From Octopus vulgaris (lineage: Eukaryota), in assembly GCA_951406725.2 (NCBI GenBank), contig OX597821.1, forward strand, positions 89,218,001-89,282,000: a DNA stretch of 64,000 bases, read 5' to 3'. A program made the translations under genes and the position numbers. How positions within the stretch are numbered: position 1 is the stretch's first letter; each line of letters starts with the position of its first letter. The notes beneath the pieces are model-generated. The model had not been told where the DNA came from. It was given only the letters and a program-made list of their open reading frames with translations, and did not search any database. Below, piece by piece: positions 42,595-57,100 of the stretch.

Positions 42595-42789
42595 TCGCCA
42601 TGATAGATCGTTAGCCACTACACACATTTTTCTATCCTTGTTTCTCTCCTTGATTTTTCTGTGTCCCTTTCTGTAGAAGAGCGTAGGCTCGAAACGTAAA
42701 AGACTTTTTTCTATTCCTGAGCGTTATACTAATACATCTGTTTGTTTTGTACACCACCTGTCTTCGTCTTTTGTTTTTTCGTAAACTCT

Positions 42790-42793
<4 letters not shown>
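42595..42793 (+). mobile_element. Short PLE pLTR-like insertion in (TA)n with degenerate hammerhead
   Basis: cttt-CTGTAGA-a-gagc(gtag)gctc-GAAAC-GTA-aaag at 42667-42702; flanked by TA repeats. Confidence 0.55.
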
Positions 42794-42863
<70 letters not shown>

Positions 42864-42985
42864 CACACCCACACATGCTCATATATTTGTATACATGGAT
42901 ATATGTTCATACACACATATGTACGTGTATACGTTATATATAGACATGTAATGTATTTATATTAATGTGTGCGTGTGTATATGTG

Positions 42986-43019
<34 letters not shown>

Positions 43020-43137
43020 TACATAAATATACATATATATATATATACATACATTCAACCATATGTATACGTGTGCGTATATATGTGTGTGTGCATACAT
43101 ATATTTAATATACATACATGCACACGCACGCACGCAT

Positions 43138-43169
<32 letters not shown>

Positions 43170-43426
43170 ATACTCTCAAACACACAAACATTCATTTTAT
43201 CGTCTATCAGAGAACTGTAAAGCCCTCAAGTTATTTCCTTTCCTTTATCCACAGAACTACAAGAAAGTGAATGGGAAATTCACCAATATACTTCGGCACT
43301 GCTAATCATAACTTTAAACATTTCTTCGCAAGAACCACTGGCTCGCCTGCGTACATGCTTACATGTATGCGAGCTAAACCTCATTGGTTTTTGTAGTTGG
43401 TGTTGTTGTTATAATTTTTATTGAAT

Positions 43427-43465
<39 letters not shown>

Positions 43466-43483
43466 TATATACATGTGTATATA

Positions 43484-43596
<113 letters not shown>

Positions 43597-43956
43597 ATGT
43601 ATATATATATATATATATATTGTGCTTTTACTAGTATGTGTATTCATAGTTTGTTTTTTTCTATTTTGTTTTTCTTTTTACGTTTTGTTTCACTCATTTT
43701 CTTTTCTGTTTTTTTTTTTTTCTGTTTTCTGTTCTATAAGCTGATTATCATGAGAGAAATGCAGTTTTGGTTGTATATTTTTTTTTCTGCATTCTTTCAC
43801 TCTTCACTGTATAGCTTATTTCATTTTTGTATTGTTATTTTGATATGATTACCTCCATATATCTAATGGAAATTTTTCTTTCGGCTAAAATATAACTTTA
43901 TTATTATTATTATTATCATTTTTATTATCATCATTATTATTATTATTATTATTATG

Positions 43957-44000
<44 letters not shown>

Positions 44001-44869
44001 CATTATTATTATTATTATTATCGTTATTGTTGAGTTGCTATTGTTATTGTTGTTGTTGTTGTTTTTGTTGTTGCTGTCACTGCTACTGCGACTGATGATA
44101 TTTTATTCTTGCTTTCTCAGAGACGATTTCTTTTGTCTTCTTTCTGTTTTTTTTTGTTTTTTTTGCTTCTTATTTTGTTTTGGTCTATGACATTTGTAAC
44201 ATTTTACAACAAGTCTAGATTGGAAGAGGGCAAAAGAAAGAAAGAAGAACCGAAAGTGGTTGGCGATAATGCACGGAAAAGTAAGAGAAAGGAAGATAGG
44301 ATGGTGGTGTGATCACCTTAGATCTAAAACAAATGAAATCATGTCAGTATGTCATATTACAATATATCTTCGGAGCATACGATAAATTATTGAGAAAACC
44401 ACTATATAGTAATATGACCTCTTCAATATAGAATCTATGTCCTCTCTCACAAATGTTTGAGTAACTTAGAAATGAGGACAGTATATATAATTTGTAAATC
44501 TCAGAAACTATATGTGCCCGGTAACAGTTGTGACAGTCTAATTTTCTTGTGTGAAACACAAGAACAGTACTGATGGCAGATATCATCATCGTTTTCCACG
44601 CCCGTGTTTCACAACCTAGTATGGGTTAGACGAAACATATTAAGGCAATATACTACTGCTTGACGGCAGCAAACTTGTTTTCAAAGGTTGTTTCTTTCAT
44701 TTGACTTCGCGGCCCAAAACTGGCGAAACCAACGAAATATCGGACCTATTGTTTACGGAAGATGTAAGCAGTTACTCAAACTTACTCAAACGGTACCAAT
44801 GTGAAGATATGAGGAAACAAACAAACGTACATATGCATACATTGATATGCATATGTGTGTATGCATATT

Positions 44870-44941
<72 letters not shown>

Positions 44942-44946
44942 TATAT

Positions 44947-45113
44947 GCAATTTAAAAATAGGATAAAATCTTTATAAGAAATTATCAGGTACTTAGCTGG
45001 AAAAACCTCATAAGGGAAAAATTTATTAGCCCTTTAAATATATTTATTTATATTAAGGGCATTAATATACATAAATGCCTCACGCTTGGAGGGACTCTTA
45101 AAGTCAAAACTAC
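44947..45113 (-). mobile_element. Diverged solo fragment of the 480-bp array family
   Basis: aagaaattatcaggtacttagctggaaaaacctcataagggaaaa...agggcatta...atgcctcacgcttggagggac...ctacca aligns with the inverted unit at 35970-36400. Confidence 0.7.
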
Positions 45114-45117
45114 CATA

Positions 45118-45162
<45 letters not shown>

Positions 45163-45208
45163 GAGAGAGACAGCTAGACAGACAGATAGACAGACAGATA
45201 GACAGATT

Positions 45209-45313
<105 letters not shown>

Positions 45314-45985
45314 ATCTAAACGTTTTATATTTAGCCAACCAAATCTCACTCACTATTTTAGATGGATGACATTTGCCCAAGATAGCACACTGTGGATTTG
45401 AAAACGTCAACAGTTTTACAATGCGTATAAAAAGTTTGACAAGTATAAGAATTTCATAGAATTGAGTTTCTTATTTTCCCAAAGAATAGTTGACTCATAC
45501 ATCGGTAACATAAGAAATTTTCAATTTCAGTCATTGCTTGTTTGACAGCTTTTCGTATATGCCAATTGTCAACTGAAGTTCTGCTGACCAAATCTACTAA
45601 GTTACAGCAACAAACCAGCAAAGATACTATTCTCTTGACACTGCTAGTTCGTTCTTAAGGCGGAATAACTCTGTTGGCGGTAGGTCTATCATTTTGCACC
45701 TTACGAGCCTTCCATATGCTTTTTTGTTTCTTTTCCTGACCATCTATGAATGATTGTCTCTAGTCTCAAGTCCGTTTGTCATCCAAACTGTCACAACACG
45801 ACGTACAGGAAAGGATCTTTATTTCTTGATTCTTTTCACCTTGATTTCTTGATTGGCTTTCTGCTCACCTTTCTTTTACTAAAATCTTCGACTGAGAACA
45901 AGGCAATCATTCTAACGTTTCTGAAGTTGCAATTTGTTGTTCTCAGGGGAAAATAATTCCTGTTGACTGTTGTTGCTGCTGCTGC

Positions 45986-46043
<58 letters not shown>

Positions 46044-46624
46044 GCTGTTGCTGTTGTTGTTGCTTATGTAACTGCTGTTGTTGTTGCTTATGTAACTGCT
46101 GTTGTTATTGTTGCTGCCAGGGTGGAGAAAATTACATAAAAAACATATAGACGATTCTGATGAAATACGTATAAATATGTGTGTGTGTATTTATGTGTAT
46201 ATTTGTAATCTAAATAAAGGAACGAAGAAATACTTTAACTCATATTTAATGAGCAGTTACAATTGTTTATGTTCCAGCTCTGCTAGCAACGCAAAAAATT
46301 TGAAATTTACGTTACATTTGCGGTTTTAAACATTAGAACGGCACTTTATCCGACTTGCATCACATGTATTTGTGTATGTGTGTGTGTGTGTGCATACACA
46401 CACACGCGCGCGCGCACGCACACACACACACGCGCACACGCACATAATTTTTAATACCGTTGCTCCAGTCTGGCATTGGTTAGATTGGCCTCACTGTGTC
46501 TGGCCATCAGTCATTCTCCTTCATTCCGTGGAACACACACTAAACTCATAGCCCCAATCATCGTTAATGTGTATGTCTTGTTTTAAAGGCATGGCTTTAA
46601 ACCTCTTCTTTTTTTATTACTTAA

Positions 46625-47024
46625 TCTTTATATATAAAAGAGAGGTTGTGTGCTGTCTGTCTCCTACGATTTAGATTCCTAACTACTACCACATTTTGCG
46701 GTGCAGTTTAACCAAAACCGGGTATCTTATAGTCGTGATTCATATCGAGCCCTTCTGGGTATTAGCGCGCGTCTACGATGAGTCTACGATTAAAAAAAAA
46801 AATTACCATCATTTTTTTCCATTTAATGCATTTTATTCGCTATTATATAAGGGAAGTAACTCTCTAAAAATGCCTACGATGAGTCAACGATTTTTAAAAA
46901 AATTTACCATCATTTTTTTTCCATTTTTAATGCATTTTTTGCTATTTTTTGGTTATAACTCTCTAAAAATGCTTATATAGTTATTTCCTTTACAAACCCG
47001 TGCAACGCCGGGCGATACTGCTAG
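46625..47024 (+). mobile_element. Non-autonomous Helitron (400 bp)
   Basis: A|TCtttatatataaaag start, subterminal hairpin cccgtgcaacgccggg, and CTAG|T end. Internal ~100-bp duplication at 46774-46971. Confidence 0.85.
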
Positions 47025-47828
47025 TTCTAAATAATGCCTATCTGTAGGCAACTAAGCCCACTTCAAATTATGCTTCAGAGTAAACAGTTACCTTGGAATT
47101 GTCTGTGTTCTACATACATAAATGCACACACATATGCAAACATACACACACACACATATACACATACATATACACCCATACATACACATTCTTACGCCAA
47201 CATTCTACTTATAGCAAATGTTCCAATTTACGAGAAAAAAAAATGTTGGTTGAATTCTTAAAGAATTTAATTTCCTCTTTTAATGTCAAATGTGTAAAAG
47301 CAGAAACGAGTCGTAATTTGAAAAAGTAGAGTGAAACACTACGAGTTTAAAGCTGATTGACAACAAGGTCACTTTGACTTCTGCATGTACAGTATGCTCT
47401 GTGTAACTAGAACGTACTATACTGATATCCTTCTTCAGCTAAATAACATATGTTCAGATCTTCTTAAAACGATTCCGAACAACAAAAAAAACAACAGAAA
47501 AAAGATTACAACAAAATTAAATCTTGAGATCTTTCTTAAATTGACATAAAGGTCAATTGCATTACACTTAAGTGGAAACGCAGAAAATTACTATACGTTT
47601 AGAAAATAATGCTTCTGTTGGGAACAAAAGCAAGTAAGTTTAAACAAATGTTCCTTATCATTTCTTATTACCATTTTTGAAGTCAGAATTAGATCCAAGG
47701 CAAGTTATTTTCAGAGCATACCACTACAAATTGCAATGCGCATATGTTTGTATCTATATCCATACCTATATATGTATACATGCACACGTATATATATTTG
47801 CATATTTCTATACATATGTGCATGTATA

Positions 47829-47886
<58 letters not shown>

Positions 47887-47899
47887 CAGACAGACAGAC

Positions 47900-47981
<82 letters not shown>

Positions 47982-48150
47982 AGATATATATATATATATA
48001 TATATATGCCTTCATCTACACAAATATAAAATAAAGACATACGAATGTATGTACATTTTCGTATGCCTGCATATATGTATGTACATACATACATATATAT
48101 ATACAAACATACATATATATATTATATGTGTGTGTATGTGTATATATATG

Positions 48151-48235
<85 letters not shown>

Positions 48236-48601
48236 ACGAAGGCGGCTCTAAGCAATATGAAACCAAAAAGGAAGAATCCAATTGTCCGTGACTGGCAGTA
48301 CTGCGTATTACCTACATTGCTAGAAATAAGAGGTTAAAACTTTCTAGCCGCAAAAAAGCACCAGTCTGACAGGGGAGCTACTGACAGGGGAGCTAACCGC
48401 CCCACAGTGAACGAGATCATCATATCAGAATTCTAGTTTCGCTTCAAATTAAAGCACCTCGTTGATGACCACTCTGTCACTGAATGCTTTGGTCGAATCC
48501 TGACTATCAGTACATAATGTTTACTATATGATACAATGGATGATTCAGGAAAATAGTAATGTGAAAGTTATAAAATAACGAAGGCAGTTATATATACGTA
48601 T

Positions 48602-49690
48602 ATATTGGCCATCTCATAAATACTGCGGTTTTTTTATACTTATTTTAGTTTTCAAAATCAAGATAATCAAAGTTCTATTTTATCTAAAATATATTTTCTA
48701 CAGTGCTCTTCCGGCTATCTGGTAAATTTGCAAGACCCGTATTCCAAAATTTACTTGTTCGTGACGAAATACACTCCTCCAATACTGTCCTGACCTCGTC
48801 TACAGAATTCATATTTTTCCGTCCAAATGATTTCGAAGACTGCGGAATAAATGATAATCAAATGAGGCAATGTTCGGTGAATATGGTGGGAGCGGCATCG
48901 TTTCCCATTCAAACTACTCCAACCTTTGGAATGTCATCCTCGCTGTATGTGCTTAGCATTATTCTGATGGAAGAACGCCTTTCGTCTTGAAACCAAAGAT
49001 GGTCGTTTTTCTTCAAGCATTGATGTAAGCCGTTCAAGCTGCTCGCAGTAGATCTCCTTTGCTATCGTTTAGTTTGGGCTTAAAAGTTCAAAGTTGACTA
49101 AACCTTTGCTATCCCACGAAACAAACAATAGTAACTTACGTGAGTGAAGAAGTTATTTATCCTAGGGTGCCGGTCTTTCTCCTTTCTCTACCCACTGTCT
49201 TCGGCGCTTAACATTTTTAAAGAAAACCCATTTCTCATCATCAGTCATTATTCGGTCAAAAAATGTTCATTCGTGAGATGTGACAGCAAAGAAGAGTGCA
49301 CATTCACTCTCTGCGCGCGATTAGACTCGGAAAGTTTATGAGGAACCCATTGACCCAATTTGCAAAATGTTCCGATGGTACGCAGGTGTCGATGAGTGGT
49401 TGACTGACCAAATCTAAGTTTCTCTGCTAGTTCCTTAACAGCTACGATGAGATTTTGTTCCACCAGGGTTTGCGGGATGTCCTCGTCGAGCTCTACAGAT
49501 TTTCCATGATGAAGCTCGTCTTCTAGGCTGTAGTTTCCGGCTCGGAATCTCTGGCAACACCGTTGACATTGGCTTACGCTAATTGTCCGATCTGCTTAAT
49601 ATACTGCTTTAATATTCCTCGCACTTTCCATTACGTTGCTGCCTTTATTAAACTCAAAAAGCAAAATATGCCGAATATCTAAGTACAACA
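48602..49690 (-). mobile_element. Degenerate mariner element
   Basis: KELAEKLRFGQSTTHRHLRTIGTFCKLGQWVPHKLSESNRAQRV. TIR-like end tattggccatctcataaatactgcgg. Confidence 0.8.
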
Positions 49691-49897
49691 ATGCTGGAAT
49701 CCGGCATATTTGTCCTTTCAGTGTTCTCATATTCTCAACCACAGTAAGTTTTGATCATAGAGTGAGTCCGTCTTTATACAATATCAGAAAGGAGACGAAC
49801 TTTCGTTATAAAACAATCAGTTTACAAGGCGGTTAGTCCAGATGTTGAACTCTCATTTATTCCTGTTCAGTTCCATTTTCTGTCAATGCATTTTATG

Positions 49898-50280
49898 TGG
49901 AAGCACTCCGTCGGTTACGACGACGAGGGTTCCGGTTGATCCGATCAACGGAACAGCCTGCTCGTGAAATTAACGTGTAAGTGGCTGAGCACTCCACAGA
50001 CACGTGTACCCTTAACGTAGTTCTCGGGGATATTCAGCGTGACACAGAGAGTGACAAGGCCGGCCCTTTGAAATACAGGTACAACAGAAACGGGAAGTAA
50101 GAGTGAGAGAAAGTTGTGGTGAAAGAGTACAGCAGGGATCACCACCATCCTCTGCCGGAGCCTCGTGGAGTTTTAGGTGTTTTCGCTCAATAAACACTCA
50201 CAACATCCGGTCTGGGAATCGAAACCGCGATCCTACGACCACGAGTCCGCTGCCCTAACCACTGGGCCATTGCGCCTCCA
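49898..50280 (-). mobile_element. SINE family C, young copy with 13-bp TSD
   Basis: TSD caatgcattttat at 49884-49896 and 50281-50293. tRNA-like head on the minus strand. Confidence 0.92.
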
Positions 50281-50319
50281 CAATGCATTTTATACGTTTC
50301 AATATACGTGCATCAAAAC

Positions 50320-50735
50320 AAATTCCCGCCGTCAAACATCTACCATACTCTGAACTTCTTGCTTCCCTGAGCATGGATACATTTGAAGCGCAGAAGTCTC
50401 GCAACTGACTTGGCTGACACCCACAAGATTATTCACCATCTTTCCAACAACAACCTTGGGCACCTTTTTGAATTCCATATGACAAATACTCGCAGATATG
50501 CTTATAAAATTAAAGAAATAACAACAACACAGCACCCATGACTTTCGGAAACATTTTTTCACGCTCAGAATTGCTGAAGCATGGAATAAACTGCCCGCAT
50601 CAGATGTTAGCTGTCGAGGGACTACATCCTTCAAATCTTCCATGCTTCCTGAAATCCGCCAACAGTACACCTGATGGCCTTTTTTTTTTTTAGTTGTAGT
50701 GCACCTGAGCACTGAATACAAAAATTTCCTTCATT
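50320..50735 (+). mobile_element. CR1/L2-type LINE 3' end
   Basis: YSELLASLSMDT...DLADTHKII...FRKHFFTLRIAEAWNKLPASDVS..TTSFK. Confidence 0.75.
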
Positions 50736-51362
50736 ATATCATATTTGTGACATGAATATTTGGCAGTCATGAAGCATAAAAATTGAAACTGGATTACTGT
50801 GTCCGATGCAAAAACAAGTAAACAACACGAACGTGATTCGCTCAGATACTGTTGATGTCATCAAAATATTGACCAGGCAGATTTCTATATCTTCTGAAGG
50901 ACGTTCATATAAGGAATAGAGGGAAGCCATTCATCGCCACTAGAACTTTATTAACCAATAGCCACCTTCTTTTTCCTTACTTTCGTGTTATTTCTGCATA
51001 TGATACTGAAGACACGAAAATATTACATTTTACGAATAATAATGAATAAATGAATTTCTGTCGCCTATAAAATCTCGAAGATAAATTGAATTTCTATGTG
51101 GTTTCACAATGATATTTGCTCCTGTACGTTGCTTTTCCAATTCACTCGTTTGAATAATCGGTAACATGATACTCTGAGTTACCAAAAAGTTTTAGCTTCT
51201 AATAAAATATTTACATTTACCTTAATTTACTTTGTATATCGAACACTTTTATGTTTTTTCATTCACCAATATAAGCGTGTGTTTATGTGTATGCATTTAT
51301 TTTTGTATATACATATACGAATATGTATGCGTCTGTGTGTGTGTTTGTGTGCATATAATATG

Positions 51363-51417
<55 letters not shown>

Positions 51418-51996
51418 CAAGTACGTTGTAGTGTTTTGAGGTTTTTTGCTGCTATCCCTTGGTAGTGGTGGATCAAACAGGAGTTTTCTATAATTTCTCT
51501 TCTCTTCGATACATTTATTAATTTGCTGGTATATAATGTATAAACAATATCAAAACCAGCAGACAATAACAGTTCACCGCTGAACAGGAGAATATAAAAT
51601 CAGACAGAAAACATATACGTATATTAGTGATTACTTTATTGATAATGATATCTTGATTGACCATTGCGGGCTTGCTTTTGAACAGACTGAATATTATTTC
51701 AGTTTGAAATAATACCTAATCATAATATCGTTGAATAATAAACACCTTATATCGCATTTCTCTCTCGTTTGCAGGTTCTATTATTTTTCTCTTTTTTTTT
51801 CTCCTTAGCGACTGACGTCTTTATTATTTTCATTCTATTATTTCTTTTTACATTTGCCCTCGCACAAAGCCTATAACACGCCCTCTCAAATGTTAACTGT
51901 TTCTCACACTTCTACAGAATTTAGACTCGCAGTCTAAGTTAGCCAGACAATATATAATTAACAAAAGTTTTGGTTTCAATAAAAAATAAAAATAGC

Positions 51997-52064
<68 letters not shown>

Positions 52065-52431
52065 CATTATATATAAGGGCTTAGTAAAATAAATTACTTT
52101 GCCACATACTGAACTCATTAGAAATAGCAGCTAAAGAAATTTCTTTAGCTATTTCTAATACTTAAAGAAGATCTCTCTCAGATAGTGTTTGCTCAAACCA
52201 ACTCACAAAGGTATGGGGGAAAAAACATTAAAAAATCAAGTGCAAAGGTTATCTGAGAACGTACGTTTCTAGATTAGTCAAATCGACATTTCTTTCGTCA
52301 GCTCAGAACTCCTTGATTCGGATTTGGGAACACTGAAAGTGGGAGCATACCCTTTTGGCTTCTTATCCCTTTACATACTGAATACTTGGTGAAATTGATT
52401 AATAATTAATTAATTTTACCCTCAATTGTTG

Positions 52432-52480
<49 letters not shown>

Positions 52481-52534
52481 CACATATGTATACATGTATA
52501 CACACACACACATATATATATATGTATATATATG

Positions 52535-52606
<72 letters not shown>

Positions 52607-52784
52607 CATATATATATATGTATATAAGTAAATGAAAGAATGGAGTCGAACAACGATTTTAACAAAATTCCTTTACTCTCGACATATGTTTCGAAGACTG
52701 CATATTCTTAATTCCGAAGGAATAAAGGGTGCTACCCGGGTATCGGTTAACCGAATTATCCATACTAGGATAATTCACTACTTA

Positions 52785-52846
<62 letters not shown>

Positions 52847-53440
52847 TATATGTATATATGTATATGTATATATATAATAAAAATCACACATTGTGTACTG
52901 GACATCAGCAACGAGTGCAAAATACATAAACGAGAGAAAAGTACAGGACAAAATATCAAAAGAAGGTAACACCTTATCAGAGGTCATCTGTTTATTACTC
53001 CTATTTCGTGCTTTTAACGACAATATAAGGAAACTTCATAAGACAGCAGCATCAAGAAATTTTTTAAAGTATAAAATTCATGGTGAGTTTGAGCTTCGAA
53101 CGAACAAACAACGAAAGTGTGGACATGCAGAGTAAACAATCGATGGAGACAAACATTAAGGGCCGTTAGGTTAAGATGAATTATAATGGGTAACGCCTTG
53201 GAGAAATTTTTTCAGGGAAATTGAATAATTAGAAGAGAGAGAAGAAAATAGCAGAAAAGAAAATGCCGGGAGCCGAGAAAATGACAATCCAGTGCACGTC
53301 TAGTCCAGAAAAGACAGGAGCAAGAGAAATGGCCTGTAGTGACGTTTGGGTAAAAGAGGCAGAGGGGAAGAGGGACAAGAGAGAGGATGAGGGGAAGAAA
53401 CAAAAGGAGTGAAGAGAAAGGAGAAGGAACGACGGATAGT

Positions 53441-53574
<134 letters not shown>

Positions 53575-53699
53575 CAGTTAAGTACACCATGTGCCGGAAT
53601 CGGCACTGGTATTGCTAAGGCATTGTGGGTTACTGTCAAGTAAAAGAGTTCCAACTGCTTATTTGTCATTTTTCTAAGTTTGGCATAATATTCTCAGGT

Positions 53700-53968
53700 C
53701 ACTGTCGTGTGTGTGTATGTGTGAATGTGTGTGTTCGCAAGTATATGAAAATATGTTTGTGCATGTGCCTTTGTGTTCGTCTCCCACACCGCTGGGCAAC
53801 CGGTGATAGTTTGTATCCATAGCGTTACAGTTCGGCAAAAGAGATATAGAGATTAAGCACCAAGCTTTAAAAGTATATGTACTGGGGTCGACTCGTTCAG
53901 CTAAAACTCTTGAAGGCCGTGCTCCAGTATGGCTGCAATCCAGTGATTGAAACAAGTAAAACATAAAA
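53700..53968 (+). mobile_element. SINE family A, 3' half (diverged)
   Basis: cagttcggcaaaagagat...actggggtcgac...tgctccagtatggctgcaatccagtgattgaaacaagtaaaa. Confidence 0.7.
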
Positions 53969-54021
53969 GTTGTCTCTGTACATATGTGTGTATGTGATCA
54001 TCCTTGATTCATTTTATTTTA

Positions 54022-55276
54022 TCAGGTCATTAAGAATGAAGTTTCTAATTTTGAACAGAAAGCTTATTTTACTTTATCTCAACAAAAGGCAATGTACCCA
54101 AGCGATCAAAACAATTTTGCCATTTTATCGGTAACTTGTTTATGACACAGCGAAGAATTCTGGAGAGCAAGAAGTGATGAAATCACGAAAGACTGTTTGT
54201 GTATCTTCAGATTTGAAAATTTTTCCTTGCAAAAAGGTGTCTAATGCCTGCAAAACGTGATAGTCAGTTGGTGCAAGGTCTGGTGAATATGGTGCAAGAC
54301 AGAGTACTTCCAAGTTCAGTTCCTATAACTTGAGTAGCATTCTTTGTGCAACATGTGGTCAAGCATTGTCTTGCAAGAGAATTGGCCTGTCTCTGTTGAC
54401 CAATCTCGATTGTTTACTTGCAAGTTCTTTCATCATTTTATTCAATTGGTTGATGTGTACATCCGCTGTAATTAACTTACCAGATCTCATGAAGTTGTAG
54501 TGAATGACACCCGCGCTGGACCACCAAACAGACGCTATTAGCTTTTTTCTGGTAAATATTCTTTTTTGGATTGTGTTTTAGCACTTTGTCCCTATCCAAC
54601 CACCATGCAGAACGCTCGCTATTATTGTAAAGAATCCATTTTTCATCACACATAACAATGTGATGCAAAAATGGTTCGTTTTTATGCTGTGATAGCAACG
54701 AATAGCAAGTTTCAAGACAACGTGTCATTTGATGCTCGTTAAGTTCGTGTGGTACCCACTTGTCCAGCTTCTTTACTTTGCCGATTTGTTTCAGATGGTA
54801 CAATACAGTTGGAATCGAAGCATCAAACATTGCTGCTAATTCACGCGTAGTTTGAGAAGTATCCGCTTCCACTACAGTCTCCAACTAATCCTTACCCACT
54901 TTGGACTCAGGTCTACTACGGGGCTGATTTTCAAGAGAAAAGTCATCAGACTAGAACTTCTCAAACCATTGACGTACTGTGCACTCATTCACCACATCTT
55001 CCCCAAACACATCTCATTGATGTCTCGAGCTGACTGGGTTGCATTGGTTCCACGACGGAATTCGTTCATAAAACAAAACGAATTGTTGATCTATCTATCC
55101 ATGGGTTCACAAAAACTGATTTACAAGAGAAAACTCTCAATATGATCAGACACCATGAATTGCATTTCCGAAAGTGACGATATAACTCTTCCATGTTGTC
55201 AGGATAAAACATTAGAGTTAACAACGGTCAAACTTGATTCATAAGAAAATCGGAGACTTCATTCTTAATTACCTGA
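54022..55276 (-). mobile_element. Full-size (1255 bp) decayed mariner element with TIRs and TA TSD
   Basis: TIRs tcaggtcattaagaatgaagtttctaattt / aaatcggagacttcattcttaattacctga. ORF 54477-54884 contains KKLDKWVPHEL and CDEKWILYNN; YSPDLAPTDYH is further downstream. Confidence 0.92.
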
Positions 55277-55789
55277 TAGTTTAATTGAATTTATTCCATT
55301 TATCACTACTTTATGTCTATTCAAAGCCTTTCTGTCCCTGCCTGTCCCCCCACCACACAACACTTTTCTTCTTCAATCTCTTCCCCCTTAATCTCATCTA
55401 TTCTTCTTTTTATTATTATTTTAATGCATTGCACCATGATGCCGTTCATAAATTCACGGTAAAATACATACCACCCACGGAGCCCCTCTTGATTCCTAGC
55501 TGCCTTCAACTCAAACTCTGGCCCTGACTTAATCTCTTCCTCTCACTCACTTCACTCGCTTGTTTCTCCTTTCGCCACTTGCCTTCTTTTCCTCCTATCA
55601 ACACATCCTTTAAATGCCACTGTGACCCCCTTGTTTTCCACTAATGTCTTCTTAAATTCCTTTTATCTTCACTGAAACCTACCACTTTCTCACAGCATTC
55701 CAATACTTTTACTTTCGGCATTATGAAATTCATTCTATAACTCTAACATAGGAGATTATTTAACCATTTTGTCGTCGTATTACTCGAAT

Positions 55790-57100
55790 ACGGTGAATCT
55801 TGCCTATCACAACATAGAAACATTTCTCATGGCACCAGCAGACAAAATGGAAAAGGCGTTGCTCTGGATAATAGCAAAGGAGACGCGCTGGAACAGCCTT
55901 GCTTATTCGCGGGGTTAGGGAATATCGTCAAGCGTTCACTGCTCTCTACCAGTCAGGCAATAGTGTCACTTGGAAGTTCTTCGACAACAATATATGGAAG
56001 CACTCCGTCGGTTACGACGATGAGGGTTCCGGTTGATCCGATCGACGGAACAGCCTGCTCGTGAAATTAACGTGTAAGTGGCTGAGCACTCCACAGACAC
56101 GTGTACCCTTAACGTAGTTCTCGGGGATATTCAGCGTGACACAGAGAGTGACAAGGCCGGCCCTTTGAAATACAGGTACAACAGAAACAGGAAGTAAGAG
56201 TGAGAGAAAGTTGTGGTGAAAGAGTACAGCAGGGATCACCACCATCCCTGCCGGAGCCTCGTGGAGCTTTTAGGTGTTTTCGCTCAATAAACACTCACAA
56301 CGCCCGTCTGGGAATCGAAACCGCGATCCTACGACCGCGAATCCGCTGCCCTAACCACTGGGCCATTGCGCCTCCACAATAACAATATATAGAAATCTAG
56401 TGGTGAGGAAGCGCAATGATGTTTTCAGGGAAACTCTAGGCGTCGACGAAGGTAAATTAGCTGGTCTATTTCGAAGGACTTTCGGGCTCAGTACTACCAT
56501 GGATAACTTTCAGAAGTCCCTGGCCTGACAGTGCTACCAAGGAGTACTGCCAGTCCGAGATAAGCCCTACAGTTACGAAAGCACTGTCAGGTGGAACTGT
56601 CCGAGTTGTGCGCAGAGCTACGAAATCCTTCTGCATGCACTTGTGCAGTGTCTCAGCATTGTTCGACATCACTTGTGGAGTTATGTCGAAAAGCTGTTAC
56701 CACGTGTAGGAAGAATCCGACTCTAGATCGAATCCATCATGAAAAATCGCCGTGTCGCTTTCTTTTAACCAGGAATAACAGGCAGTTTTTATATGCCTGA
56801 GGGCCATGGCGAAAAAGGTTGTGAGTTGGACGAGACTGAAGACTAACACTTTCCTCTTTGGCCAATCGCTCATCATTTTATCAAGTTCCACTTGATAAGG
56901 AAAATAAGGATGGAGATGGAGATGTTGCCTTACAACCATTTTGTTGGAAGGTGGTTAAGAATGGCAGGCACGTTGTGAGAGAATGGGCTTGCCCTGAGCA
57001 TACGCCTGTAAAGAACTAAGATAAAGAACTAAGAAAAGGTACCTGCTACTGAAGTCAGGATACCCGTGGTTTTAAGGAGTCTTTCCATGAGCAGCCCTCT
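55790..57100 (+). mobile_element. L1/Tx1-like LINE ORF2 3' region (zf-RVT-like), interrupted by SINE C
   Basis: FQKSLA*QCYQGVLPVRDKPYSYESTVRWNCPSCAQSYEILLHALVQC...LWSYVEKLL (CxxC..H..C knuckle). Confidence 0.7.
55996..56377 (-). mobile_element. SINE family C, young copy with ~10-bp TSD
   Basis: TSD aacaatatat at 55986-55995 and 56381-56390. Nearly identical to the 49898 copy. Confidence 0.92.

Noticed and set aside
50180-50280. Possible tRNA gene
   Set aside because: It is the tRNA-derived head of SINE C: it continues into the SINE body, has a TSD and has three copies in the window.
52625-52790. Minus-strand GAAACATATGTC hammerhead half
   Set aside because: No CUGANGA partner found at a suitable position; at most a truncated pLTR.
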